A DNA stretch of 64,000 nt from positions 179,614 to 243,613 of the forward strand of contig NW_013657628.1 in NCBI RefSeq assembly GCF_000142905.1, read 5' to 3'. Every line of letters starts with the position of its first letter. The stretch's first letter is position 1. Under the pieces are notes generated by a model. The model was given only the letters and a program-made list of their open reading frames with translations. It had not been told where the DNA came from and ran no database searches. The position numbers and the translations under genes are program-made. This document shows positions 53,479-64,000 of this stretch, piece by piece. The stretch comes from Thecamonas trahens ATCC 50062 (taxonomy: Eukaryota > Protista > Apusomonadida).

Positions 53479-55200
53479 CTACAGGACAACCACGGGGTTG
53501 GCTACCTTGGCCAGCCGCTGTCGATTACTTGAGAGACGAGTGGGCGGAACGAAGGTAGCGCAGAGGCCGAAGACCATGGTAGGGTAGAGCGGGACAAAGA
53601 GGACAAAGGCCGAGAAGGCGCCGGGCTTGGCTGCAAGAGCGGCGACGAGGGTAACAAAGACAAAGAGCGGGAGGGCAAAGGCCAGGCAGGTGGCAAAGTA
53701 CGTACCCATCTGGGAGCTGCCATCAAAGTAAAGGTCGATCTCGTAGCCGATGAGACCGATGACAGGGACAGCCATCGCGATCAGGAGCGGAGCAAAGACC
53801 AGCCACCAGTTCCACGCCACAGTGCCGTGGAGTTTGAGGCCAAGGAAAACAATAAAGGTAGGCAGAGCGAGGGCCATGGTGGTCGCCGCCATTAGGGTTT
53901 GGATGCCTGTCACGCGATGCCAGCCCGAGTCGTGCAAGGTTCGATCCCAGCCGACGTCGACACACCAGGCGCAGTTGAGAGCGAGAAAGCCCATGACGAG
54001 GAGATAAATGGGAAGCAGGAGAGCAGACCAGGGCCAGGTGATGTCACCTTCGACGCGTGCTCCGATGGCCACAACCCAGCCGGCGACTGCCAAGGCCAAG
54101 CAACCCGCCAGGCTCTCGCTCACCACCCACCAGCGGACGCGCCTCGGCTTGTGGTTCACGCCGATGTAGAACCGGTCGATGGTGCGGGCGAATGGGAGGA
54201 GGAGGACCACAAGCTCGAGCGGAGCCAGGACGAGCGCCCAGTGCAGCGAGATAAAGCCATCGATCTTGGCTGCCATGAGCATGACTAGAGTCCAGAGCAG
54301 CGCCATTAGCAGCGGGAGCGCCAAAGACATCACCACCGTCTCGCGGTAGCGCTCGCGGAGCGACTGGACGGTATGAACGTTGGGCTGGGAGCTGCGGCAG
54401 ACCTTCTGACGACACTCCCGCTGTTTCCGTAGGCGATGCGCTTCGGCAACCATCCGGCGCTGGCTGAGCAGATGCAAGACGAACTCGCGTGGCGACTTAC
54501 CGGCAGTCAAGGAGAGGTTCGGGTGGGAGGTTGCCACGCTGTTCGGAATGCGCTCCATCCTGCTCACATTCAGTTCAAACTGGAGTTCGCTAAGCTTCGT
54601 GATGTGCTTCCAGAGCGACGGATCGCTCGCCCAGTAACGCCAAGTCCGACACACTCTTGTCGCGCTCAGCAGGCCGCCGAGATCCAGGTACGAGAAGATG
54701 AGCAGCAGCAGCTCAGCGGGCAAGTCTTGGACGGTGGCAATTGCGGGCGAGGCAGCACTCTCTGTCCTGAGCAATCCAAGCTCAACATCGCCGCAGCCGA
54801 CACCCGAAGAGGTCGACGCAGCGCTGGCGGAACGCGCCAACCCATGACTGCCGTCTCGGCCGTCGTCGTCATCGTCATCATCATCATCAGGATCAAACCC
54901 GATGACCTCGGCGGTCTGGTACCAGGGCGGGCGGTCAGATGTGTCTCGCGCAGTGGAAGGCATGAGACACGCAAGCGCTTTCCGCGGCACAACAAGATTC
55001 AGATGATGCGGAGGCGGCGGAGCAAGCACAGCTGGGAGATGGGCCAAGACCAGGTCCTTCTCATCGGTATCGAGCGAGCATGAGCTCTCGGTCACCGACG
55101 CCGACGCCGAGCTCGCTACAGGCAGCGAGCGGGGCAACGAGGCGAACGACGGCGAGGCTGACGACGAGGCTGACGACGAGCCCGCGCTCAAGTTCCTCAT
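53479..55200 (-). CDS. F-box + TMEM185-type multi-pass membrane protein (paralogue 2)
   Basis: F-box VQDLPAELLLLIFSYLDLGGLLSATRVCRTWR...LWK; repeats AKIDGFISLHWALVLAPL, ARVEGDITWPWSALLLPI, LKLHGTVAWNWWLVFAPL, AKPGAFSAFVLFVPL. Confidence 0.85.
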   Translation of the reverse strand: MRNLSAGSSSASSSASPSFASLPRSLPVASSASASVTESSCSLDTDEKDLVLAHLPAVLAPPPPHHLNLVVPRKALACLMPSTARDTSDRPPWYQTAEVIGFDPDDDDDDDDDGRDGSHGLARSASAASTSSGVGCGDVELGLLRTESAASPAIATVQDLPAELLLLIFSYLDLGGLLSATRVCRTWRYWASDPSLWKHITKLSELQFELNVSRMERIPNSVATSHPNLSLTAGKSPREFVLHLLSQRRMVAEAHRLRKQRECRQKVCRSSQPNVHTVQSLRERYRETVVMSLALPLLMALLWTLVMLMAAKIDGFISLHWALVLAPLELVVLLLPFARTIDRFYIGVNHKPRRVRWWVVSESLAGCLALAVAGWVVAIGARVEGDITWPWSALLLPIYLLVMGFLALNCAWCVDVGWDRTLHDSGWHRVTGIQTLMAATTMALALPTFIVFLGLKLHGTVAWNWWLVFAPLLIAMAVPVIGLIGYEIDLYFDGSSQMGTYFATCLAFALPLFVFVTLVAALAAKPGAFSAFVLFVPLYPTMVFGLCATFVPPTRLSSNRQRLAKVANPVVVL

Positions 55201-55607
55201 CGAGTGCGGTCGGCGTGCCGTGCGTGAGGGTGTGGCGGCGAGTGCTCACTGCCCCCGATTCGGCGCGACAGGCGGCTTTACGCTTGGTTTCGTTGCCGAC
55301 CAGCTGCGCCCAAACGGGGGAATGGCCTGTAGCGGCTGCGAACGAAAAGAAGGAAATACGCATCGATCTCAGGACTCGTGCTGGAGAGTCATCGCATGTG
55401 GTTCGGACGCCGACCGACAACTGTCATGCGCGTTGTCGCCAACGTCGGTGCTGTCGTGATGCCTGCTATTTGCTGACGTGTGCAAAGGGGGGGGAGCTCG
55501 GCCTCGGCCTCGGCTCGCCGGGCCTCGACGGCTGGCGGTAAGTGTGGCTGGTGTGCCATGACCTGCCCTCACCGAGATATCTCCATGCCCAGATCACACA
55601 CTGATCG

Positions 55608-55712
55608 ATGGCGACGGTCATGGTGTTGGCCATGGCGTTGACCAGGGCGGTGGCCAGGGTGGTGGCCATGGCGGCGGCCATGACGGCGGCCATGGCGTTG
55701 GCCAGGGCGGCG
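55608..55712. repeat. Degenerate 12-bp minisatellite (consensus about ATGGCGGTGGCC, roughly 9 units)
   Basis: atggcgacggtc atggtgttggcc atggcgttgacc agggcggtggcc agggtggtggcc atggcggcggcc atgacggcggcc atggcgttggcc agggcggcg. Confidence 0.85.
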
Positions 55713-56064
55713 ATGGTTGGTGCTCGTCAGCCGAAACCCAATCGGCATCACCACGACCCGCCCCGCTCGCCTACACCCTCTATCCTCCGCATGCTGCACA
55801 CCGCGATCACACCAATGAGCACATAATCCCATCTAACCACAATGTTTCCCCTTGCCCTTCCCCTTCCCTCCTCCATCCCCACCCGACAGAGGTTGGACAA
55901 GCTCCAACGCGACACGTTGGCGCAACACTGGTGCTCGTCAGCCGTCATCTGCCGAACAGCGGGCGACCAACCGAGAACGACAGCCAGAGACACCCGCCCC
56001 CCCTCCCCCCCCCCACGACCTTCCCGGCAGTGTCTCTTCGAGCACACCCCTCTGTTCAAACACA

Positions 56065-58141
56065 AGTACGCACCCTTGCACCCCCCCGTCACCCGGCCGT
56101 CTCCCTCTCTCTCTCTCTTCCCCACTCACCCCTCAAACCCCCTCACTTTGTGCCCCATGGCTATACCCATGCCTCGGGACGGGACGGAATGATACCAGTG
56201 CTGCGCGTTGGATCGATTTTTGTGGGCGGAGCAGCGCGTCAGACGAGCGCCGTTGCTGGGCGCGGAGCGGCGGCTGCTGCTGCTGCGGCTTCTACTGCCG
56301 GAGGGCTTGCTGCCTCGAGTGGAGTGCGGAGTGTGCATGTTCCGGCCAAGGAGTATGAAATTGTGGACCACAAGGTGGACGCTGTGGTGGTGGGTGCCGG
56401 TGGCGCGGGTCTCCGGGCTGCGGTGGGTCTCCAGGAGGCCGGCCTCAACACCCTCTGCGTCACGGCTCTCTTCCCGACGCGGAGCCACACGGTGGCTGCG
56501 CAGGGCGGAATCAACGCCCCGCTGGGGTCGATGCACGACGACGACCCGCGGTACCTGTTCTACGACACTGTCAAGGGCTCGGACTGGCTCGGCGACCAGG
56601 ACGCCATCTCGTACATGGCCAACACGGCTGTGGACGCGGTCATTGAGCTCGAGAACTACGGCGTGCCATTCTCGCGGACTGCCGAGGGCAAGATCTACCA
56701 GCGGCCGTTTGGCGGGCAGTCGCTGGAGTTTGGCAAGGGCGGACAGGCGCACCGGACGGCGTGTGCGGCTGACCGGACTGGGCATGCCATGCTCCACACC
56801 CTGTACGGTGCGGCGGTCAAGGCCGGCGTCGACTTTCACGTCGAGTCGTTTGCGCTGGACCTCATTATGGACGATGCCGGCGAGCGGTGCCTTGGCCTGA
56901 TGACGATGGACATGGAGACCGGGGTCCTGCACCGGATTTCGGCTGCGGCGACGGTCATTGCGACGGGCGGGTACGGGCGTGCGTACGCGTCTTGCACCTC
57001 GGCGCACACCTGCACCGGCGACGGTGGCGCCATGGTCTCGCGGGCCGGCCTCCCGCTCTCTGACGTCGAGTTTGTGCAGTTCCACCCGTCGGGCATTGCC
57101 GGCGCCGGGTGCCTCATCACGGAGGGTGCGCGCGGCGAGGGCGGCTACCTGCTCAACGCCGACGGCGAGCGGTTCATGGAGCGGTACGCGCCGACGGCCA
57201 AGGAGCTTGCGTCGCGCGACGTTGTCTCGCGGGCGATTACGGTCGAGATTCTCGAGGGCCGCGGCTGCGGCCCGAACAAGGACTACGTCCACCTGCAGCT
57301 CTCGCACCTCCCGCCCGAGGTGCTCGCGGAGCGGCTGCCGGGCATTTCCGAGACGGCGGCCATCTTTGCCGGCGTTGACGTCAACCACGAGTCGATTCCG
57401 ATTGTGCCGACCGTCCACTACAACATGGGCGGCATTCCGACGAACCACCGCGGCGAGGTGCTGACCAAGCGCGGCAACGACGACTCGGCGGTTGTGGGCG
57501 GCCTGTTTGCGGCCGGCGAGGCCGCGTGCGCCTCGGTTCACGGCGCCAACCGCCTCGGCGCTAACTCGCTCCTCGACCTCGTGGTCTTTGGCCGCTCGTG
57601 CGCACACCGCATCGCCGAGATTGTCAAGCCTGGCCAGGGCGGCCCGGCGTTCGAGTCGGACAAGGGCGACAAGGCCATCGACTCGCTTCACGAGCTGCGC
57701 TACGCCAAGGGCGCAACGCCGACGTCGGCCATCCGTGCCCAGATGCAGAACACCATGCAGAACCGCGCGGCCGTGTACCGGACGCAGGACTCGCTCGCCG
57801 CTGGCGTCGGCGAGATGGCCGAGGCCTGGAACGCCTACAAGGACATCGGCATCACTGACCGCTCGCTTGTCTGGAACTCGGACCTCATCGAAGCCCTTGA
57901 GCTCAAGAACCTGCTCACCTCGGCCGTCCAGACCATCAACGCCGCCGAGAACCGGAAGGAGTCGCGTGGTGCCCACGCCCGCGACGACTTCCCAGACCGC
58001 GACGACGAGAACTGGATGAAGCACACCCTCACCTGGATCGACGAGGATACCGGCAAGGTCTCCATCGACTACCGCGCCGTGTCGGACAAGCCGCTCTACT
58101 CGGAGTTTGAGCCTGTCCCGCCCTCCAAGCGCGTCTACTAA
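56065..58141 (+). CDS. SDHA: Succinate dehydrogenase flavoprotein subunit, mitochondrial; start codon probably split by intron 56066-56198
   Basis: [26 protein letters not shown] (covalent FAD His), [50 protein letters not shown]. Confidence 0.97.
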
Positions 58142-58251
58142 ATCCCCACCGCCCTTCCGCCCCCTCAACCAATGACGCCCGTCTCCGCCACCCAGCCTAG
58201 CCAAGCACCGAGCACCTTGCCCTATCTGCACTCCACTCCCAGGCACCTACG

Positions 58252-59711
58252 ATGGACGACGAAGACCTCTACGATGTACGCCCCCCCCGTCTCCACCCTC
58301 TCCCCCCATCCCACCGCCCCTTCCCCATACCACCGCCTCTTCCCGGTCCCAGCGCCCCGCCCCTTCCCCGCTCCGCCGCCAGCGCCGCCACCTAGCCCGA
58401 GCCACTGCACCCTCCCCCTCCCCCTTCCCCTCCCCCTCCCCCTCCCCCCCTCTACCATGACTCTGCTCTGCTCGTCTCCTTCTCTCTCTCTACGACACAC
58501 ACACTCTCTTTCTGGTTGGCTGCTTCGACTGGCTGTCATGGCCATGCCCGTGGAGCGGTCAGGAGTGAGCCAGCATGTCGCGCTCGTTCTTGTCGGCGTT
58601 AGCCTGGCAGCCCACGGGCAAAGTGATGGCTGTGCTGATGGCTGGCTGTGCTGATGGCTGGCTGTGCTGATGGCTGGCTGTGCTGATGGCTGGCTGTGCT
58701 GATGGCTGGCTGTGCTGATGGCTGGCTGTGCTGATGGCTGGCTGTGCTGATGGCCGTCTCCTCATGGGCGTAGTGGTGGCCACGCTGATGGCTTGGCTGC
58801 TCATGGGCGTAGAAGCAAGTCCCACACTCACCTCCCCTATCTGAACGTGTGCAGGCCATTCTGCTGGGTGGGAGTGGTCCTCCTGACGGCGGAGATCCAG
58901 CCGCCGCTACATCGGCCGCAGCTCCGGCGACAGGAGACGCGGTCGCGACAGCTGCCGCGTCTACAGCAGCAGCTCCGGGATCGGACGCAAGTTCTGGCCC
59001 AGTCGAGAGCGGCGCTGCTGCTGTAGAGGAAGGCGTACCGGCGCCAGGCGCTGTGGTTGCTGTGCTGCCGGCTGATGGCGGCCTGCCGCCGCCGCCGCCG
59101 CAGCTCCAGGGCCGCACGCGGCTGTACGTCTCGAATGCACAGTGGTGGACGGCAACGGCTGACATCGAGACGGCGCTGAAGGCACTGGCGCCGCTGGCCG
59201 ACGAGATCACGTCGTATGAGCATCCAAACTCGGGAAAGTTTACCGGCATTGTCCACGCCGACTTTGTGTCCGATGCTGCGGCCTTTGCCGCCTTTGAGGC
59301 AGCCTCGGCCGCACCCATTGTCCTTGACGGCACCACGCTCACCGTGGCTTACGACTACCCGCACGCTGGGCCGAGCGGCATCCCGCCGCCGCACTTGCAT
59401 CCGCCGCCGCAATTGCTCCCGCCGCCGCAGCCGCTTCCACCGCCGCCGGACCACTTTCACCATGGCTACGCGCCGCCGCCGGCCGCGGCCCGGTCTCTGG
59501 CCCCGTCGTCGGTCCACGACCGGCTGGGCTCGGGTTCCGGCTCCCGCCCGCGCTCGCGATCCCGCTCGCGCGAACGTGACTACGCGCGCGACCGCCACGG
59601 CGACCGCGACCGCCGCGACCGTGACCGTGACCGCCGCGATCGTGACCGTGACCGTTTCTCTGACCGCGACCGCGATCGCGGCCGTGATCGTGGCCGCCAG
59701 CCTCCCGCCAA

Positions 59712-59753
<42 letters not shown>

Positions 59754-59811
59754 AAATCGCAGACGCCGCAACCGTCGCGGAGGCAGGCGGAGCAGAAACA
59801 ACAACAATTGA
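58252..59811 (+). CDS. CPSF6: Cleavage factor Im large subunit (CPSF6/CPSF7-like; RRM + Pro-rich + RD/RS tail); 2 exons (58252-58275, 58855-59811)
   Basis: MDDEDLYD|AIL; RRM LYVSNAQWWTATADIE...YEHPNSGKFTG; RSRSRSRERD and (RD)n tail. Intron 58276-58854 GTACGC...ACTCAC...GCAG. Confidence 0.8.
58634..58754. repeat. 16-bp perfect tandem repeat (GCTGATGGCTGGCTGT) x7.5 in the CPSF6 intron
   Basis: Read directly from the sequence. Confidence 0.95.
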
Positions 59812-60003
59812 TCATTGATCTGCACTTACCTGGCCCCCCTTCCTCCCTCTCTCCCCCCCCCCCCCCCGCTGCGGGCTAAACACTGATTGTCCTCCTACTT
59901 CGCCAGCCATAGCCATCCGGCCCTGTGTCCGCAAAAATGATTGCTCCGACTGACATCCGCAGCCAATCGCCACTTGCCATTGCCACCCAACTCTCGCGCA
60001 AGC

Positions 60004-63000
60004 ATGTCTCAGCTCCCGCGCCAACCCACACCAGGACCTGCCGGTTCCTGCACCGTCATTGCCACAGGCTCCCGCTATGAAGTGCAATCGTTCTTTGGCT
60101 GCCGCACATGCGGCCTCACCGGTTGCTACGGTACGCCCATCCCCCCCCCCCCCCCCCGGGGTCCCCTTCCCCCCCCTCTTGCCGTGTCGTCCCGCACGTG
60201 TTGCTTTTCATTGCTGTTTCTTTTCGCCTAGGCCCTCCAACTTGTCAGCCACTGCAGGAGCATGTGGACCGTGTCGTTCGACAAACACCCCCAAGGTACC
60301 ATCTCCATGCCTTTAGTCACCATCGGCTACCATTTTGAGTGTCATTGGTGGCGAGAGTCGGTTGTCCATGGCCAGGGCGATGACCGCTCCATCGTCGCTT
60401 TCACGCCCTTTTTCGGCTGGTGTGCTAATTTTTCGCAACCCGTGATCCTTTCCACCTCCTTGACCATGCCCACACCACCACCTCTACCACGGCGTGCAAG
60501 CCAGTCATCGACCGTTTGAGCTTGCGTAGACAGCCGTATGACTCTTGTTGTCACCGCCACCTACTTTCCGCACTCCTCCAGTGACCACCTCCCGCGAAGC
60601 CCTCCCTCCCCCCCTCTCCTGTCGTCCCCCACTAGGGCGACGACACGCTGTTGATCGATCAGGCGCAGGACTCATGCACGTGATGTATTTTCGGATGGTA
60701 TATGTGTGTGTGAACAGGAGCGTGTGCTGCGTGTGCGGAAAAGTGCCACGCCGGGCATGATCTGACCGAGCCGCGCGAGACGCGGTGCTACTGTGACTGC
60801 GGGTGGCGGGCGCAGTACGGCGAGGAGGCGTACACGGGACAGGCGCCGTGCCAGTGCGTGGTGTGGAAGGAGGCGACGTTTGCCGACTATCGCGCCAAGG
60901 CCGAGGAGAAGATTGCCAAGCGGCAGGCAGAGCTCGACGAGCTGCTTGCGGTGGAAGGGGTTGTTGCGAGCACGGTTGCGCTCGAGGTGGACTGGGCCTC
61001 GTTTGAGGGAGCGGCGAACCCGATCAAGACCTGGCCGTACATGACCAACGACTGGTACCTGTACCGGTGGATTGTGTACGCGCTCAAGGAGCTTGTGGAG
61101 CAAAACTCTGACGGGGCGGAGAAGCTGCGGACGCTGTCATCGATCCGGCTTGTGCACGCGAACCCGGGCCTCCCGTCTGAGGAGCGCGTTGTTGTGGTGG
61201 ATGGCGTGGCGACGTTCACGGCGTCGTACTGCTGCTACTGGCACGCGATCGACCGGTCGGACGTGACCGAGGGCCTTGTGGTGGCGCTGGGCATCTGGAG
61301 CGGCTTCCGCGACACGCTGTATGCGGCGGCCGAGGAGGTGTCTGGGCAGATGGGCGGGGTGCCGATGATCACAGACCTTGCGTCGTTTGACTACGAGGGC
61401 GAGGAGCCGCTTGCGTCGCGGCGCAAGGCCAAGGCACTGACGTGCGCGTCGATGTGGCGTGGACAGCGGGCGTGGGGCAAGGTTGCGGACGCGCGGCGGT
61501 GGGCGTCGAACCCGACGGATGAGGAGCTGCAGGCTGCGTTCTCGGGCGGCGTGGTGTACCACAACAAGCACTTTGTGCAGTGGGGCCCGGACGAGAACGG
61601 GTACACGCCGGGCTTCAAGCGGCTGTACACGGTGGACTACGACATTGTCAACAAGATGTTCCACGTGTACGATGTGTGCGAGAAGAACTTTTGGCAGTGC
61701 AACTCGTGGTACGACATTGGGTCGCTGATGTCGCAGGTGCTCTCGCTGTACCGGCTGGGCGAGTTTGAGACGATGAGCGAGGCGCAGCACAAGGCCAAAA
61801 CAGAGCTGTTGGAGGCGGTGTGTACCTCGTCCAAGGTGCGGTACGAGGGCGACTTTACCTGGCTCCGGCAGATTCTGGCGTACCCGTGCTTCTACCCCAA
61901 GGACAATCACGACCGGCGTGCGACGGCCATCCAGATGGCGCACATCAACTCTGCGGCGTACCGGGAAAAGATTCCGGAGGACACGCGGCTTGTGGAGGAG
62001 CGGCGGCTGCAGGCCAAGGGGCGCGATCCTGCGAGCCCCGAGGTGTGTGTGGCGTCGTTCCTTGTGGTCAAGGTCTCGTTCCGCGGGATGAAGCAGGAGC
62101 GGCTGATTATGGTGACGGATCGGGCAACGTACTCTGTGGTGCCGCGGTTCAAGGGCTCGCCGTTCAAGTCGAAGATGCACCGGATCTCGCATGCGTACTA
62201 CGGGACGCAGCACATTGGCAAGGCCGACTGGCACACGATGGGCGCGCCGCCGATGCCGTCGCCGCCCAAGGTGGTGACCAAGGCCAAGTCGATGGCGGCG
62301 TCTGCGGGCGGGGCGGTTGGCTCTGCGGGCGGGGCTATTGTGTCTGCGGCGCGGTCGCTTGTGGAGGACTCCCCATCTGGTGGCGAGGCCGGGATGGCGT
62401 CTGGCCCGTTCAAGGGGCCGATCTGCGCGCTGCGGTATGCGTCGACGCGGCTGGCTTCGGACGAGAAGCCGCCGCGCAAGTTCAAGTTTCCGGAGATTCC
62501 GGACCTCAAGGGCAAGATGCTCTCTGTCCTGAGGTCGATCATCGACGCGATCAAGAGCCTCTCGCTGCCGTCGATTCCCAAGCCGCCGATGCCGTCGCTC
62601 AAGATCCCGAACTTGCTGGACATGCTGCGCAAATGCAAGCCGTCGATGCCGTCGATGCCGTCGCTCTCGGAAGGAGCTGGAGCGAGCACGATGACGGCGA
62701 GCGAGGCTGCGGCCGAGACGGACGCCGGCGACTCGTCGCAGTACTCGTGCGCCACGGGCGTGTCATCTGCGGCGCAGGACTCGATTCCGGACATTGCGGA
62801 TGGGCTCGGCGACAAGGAGCTGCCCGAGGTCGAGTTTGAGTGGCCGGACCTCAACCCTGTGCACATGCTGGAGAAGATTGCGGAGAAGATCGAGGCGTGC
62901 GCCGAGTTTGTGATGGAAATGCCGTCCAAGCTAGGCGTTGTGGGCGTTCTCCACGCCTTTGCCAAGTCTGCGGCCAAGGCGTCGGGCCTGGGCGCGATCT

Positions 63001-63770
63001 CGCTGCCCAAGCCGAGCCTCTCTGCGGCGGGCGCTGTGGAGCTCATCCGCAAGACGCTCGATGGGGTGGCGGGCATTCCGGGCCACATCGGGTCGATGCT
63101 CGCCAAGATGGCCGAGGAAGCCAAGTCGTGGTCGCCGGTCTCGATGCCGTCGATGCCGAAGCTCGGCGTCGGCGCGCTTATCCGCAAGATCATTGCGCTC
63201 TTTGCCTCGATCGAGCTCCCCTCGATCGACATCAAGTCGCACTTTCCGGGCATCTCGCTGCCCAAGCTCCCGTCTGTGGCTATGCCGTCGATGTCGATGC
63301 CCGGACCGATGAAGAAGATAGGGGCATGGGTGTCGGGCCCGGTCCGGCCGGAGCACGTCGAGTACGTCCTCATTCCGACGCTGCCCAAGCGGTGCTCGGG
63401 CGCGTCGCGGTACGCGTGCTGGGAAATGGCGTGGGTCATTGCCGGCGCCGCGGCGGCCTTTGCCGAGTCGTCGGTCGTCCCGCCATACGAGGCCGACGTT
63501 CACATCACCACCACCATGACCTCGGGCATGTACAACAAGACCCTCCGCTCGCTGCTCCGCGAGGGCAAGGTCTCTAAGCCATCGGGCCAGGGCGACGCAC
63601 TCTCGACGGACGAGGAGTCTGCCATCGAAGGCCCCGAGTCGGCCGCTGTCGCCTACGCCGCGGCCGCCGAGCGTGCCCGCGCCGCCCTCGCCGAGCAGCA
63701 GGCGCTCACCCAGCAGGCCGCCGCCGCCCAAGAGGCAGCTGCCGCCGCTGCTGTCGAGGCCTCGGCCTAA
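60004..63770 (+). CDS. UBR-type zinc-finger protein with PH-like (hSac2/TH1-like) C-terminal region; 2 exons (60004-60130, 60718-63770), about 1059 aa
   Basis: Splicing restores a UBR box: CTVIATGSRYEVQSFFGCRTCGLTGCY|GACAACAEKCHAGHDL...CYCDCG...CQC. Intron 60131-60717 GTACGC...ACAG. PH-like segment VVKVSFRGMKQERLIMVTDRATY. Confidence 0.8.
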
Positions 63771-64000
63771 TGACAAATGTTGGGGCCTCCTGCTGCCGTA
63801 CAGGCCATTTCAAAGCCTCATAATGATGGCTCGTCTTCTTTTAATACTCACAATTCCATGCAAGTGACGGCTGCGGTGCGATGTGTGCGGGCGATGTGTG
63901 GTGTGTGCGTGGTGTGTGTGGTGTGTGTGCGGTGTGTGCGAGTTGGTGCATCGCCCTCTGCCTTTCGACACACCTCACTCTGTCACAGCCAGCAAGCTCA

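Noticed and set aside
56126-58246. Long antisense and alternate-frame ORFs (also 25299-27185, 40085-41422, 46939-48651 and many others)
   Set aside because: Shadows of GC-biased coding sequence overlapping well-supported genes.
58634-58754. CRISPR-like array
   Set aside because: Contiguous identical units without spacers, in a eukaryotic intron.
59824-59833. ACTTACCTGG resembling the U1 snRNA 5' end
   Set aside because: Followed by a poly-C tract, with no U1 stem-loops or Sm site.

Overview
Eukaryotic nuclear DNA: GC-rich, gene-dense and intron-poor, from a flagellated protist. Gene content, codon usage and intron style resemble the apusomonad Thecamonas trahens, but that identification is inference. 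About 27 protein-coding genes are supported. Recognisable ones are TRM10, D-cysteine desulfhydrase, cytohesin, a TALE homeobox factor, NDR kinase, TRM61, RPS16, a USP25/28-like protease, CEP76, DOMON-cytochrome b561, COMMD2, SSNA1, SCAPER, CFAP53, SDHA and CPSF6/7. I reconstructed 13 introns by hand (12 with both ends, plus the CEP76 donor whose acceptor falls in an assembly gap) and one probable 14th. They lie near gene 5' ends, use a GTACGN donor (one GTACAC) and mostly an ACTCAC-type branch point. Most notable: (1) a major vault protein paralogue with only the N-terminal repeats and no shoulder or cap helix; (2) two tandem F-box + TMEM185-type membrane proteins; (3) a talin-type FERM-LRR-PP2C phosphatase; (4) a pseudo-RasGAP-DEP-DUF547-TLDc protein; (5) a stand-alone JAB/MPN+ peptidase head-to-head with an F-box/WD40 gene; (6) an SDHA start codon created only by splicing; (7) a 139-bp, ~16% GC island, probably a NUMT; (8) a 189-bp tandem duplication and a candidate structured RNA in intergenic DNA. 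No rRNA, tRNA, CRISPR array or intact transposon could be supported.
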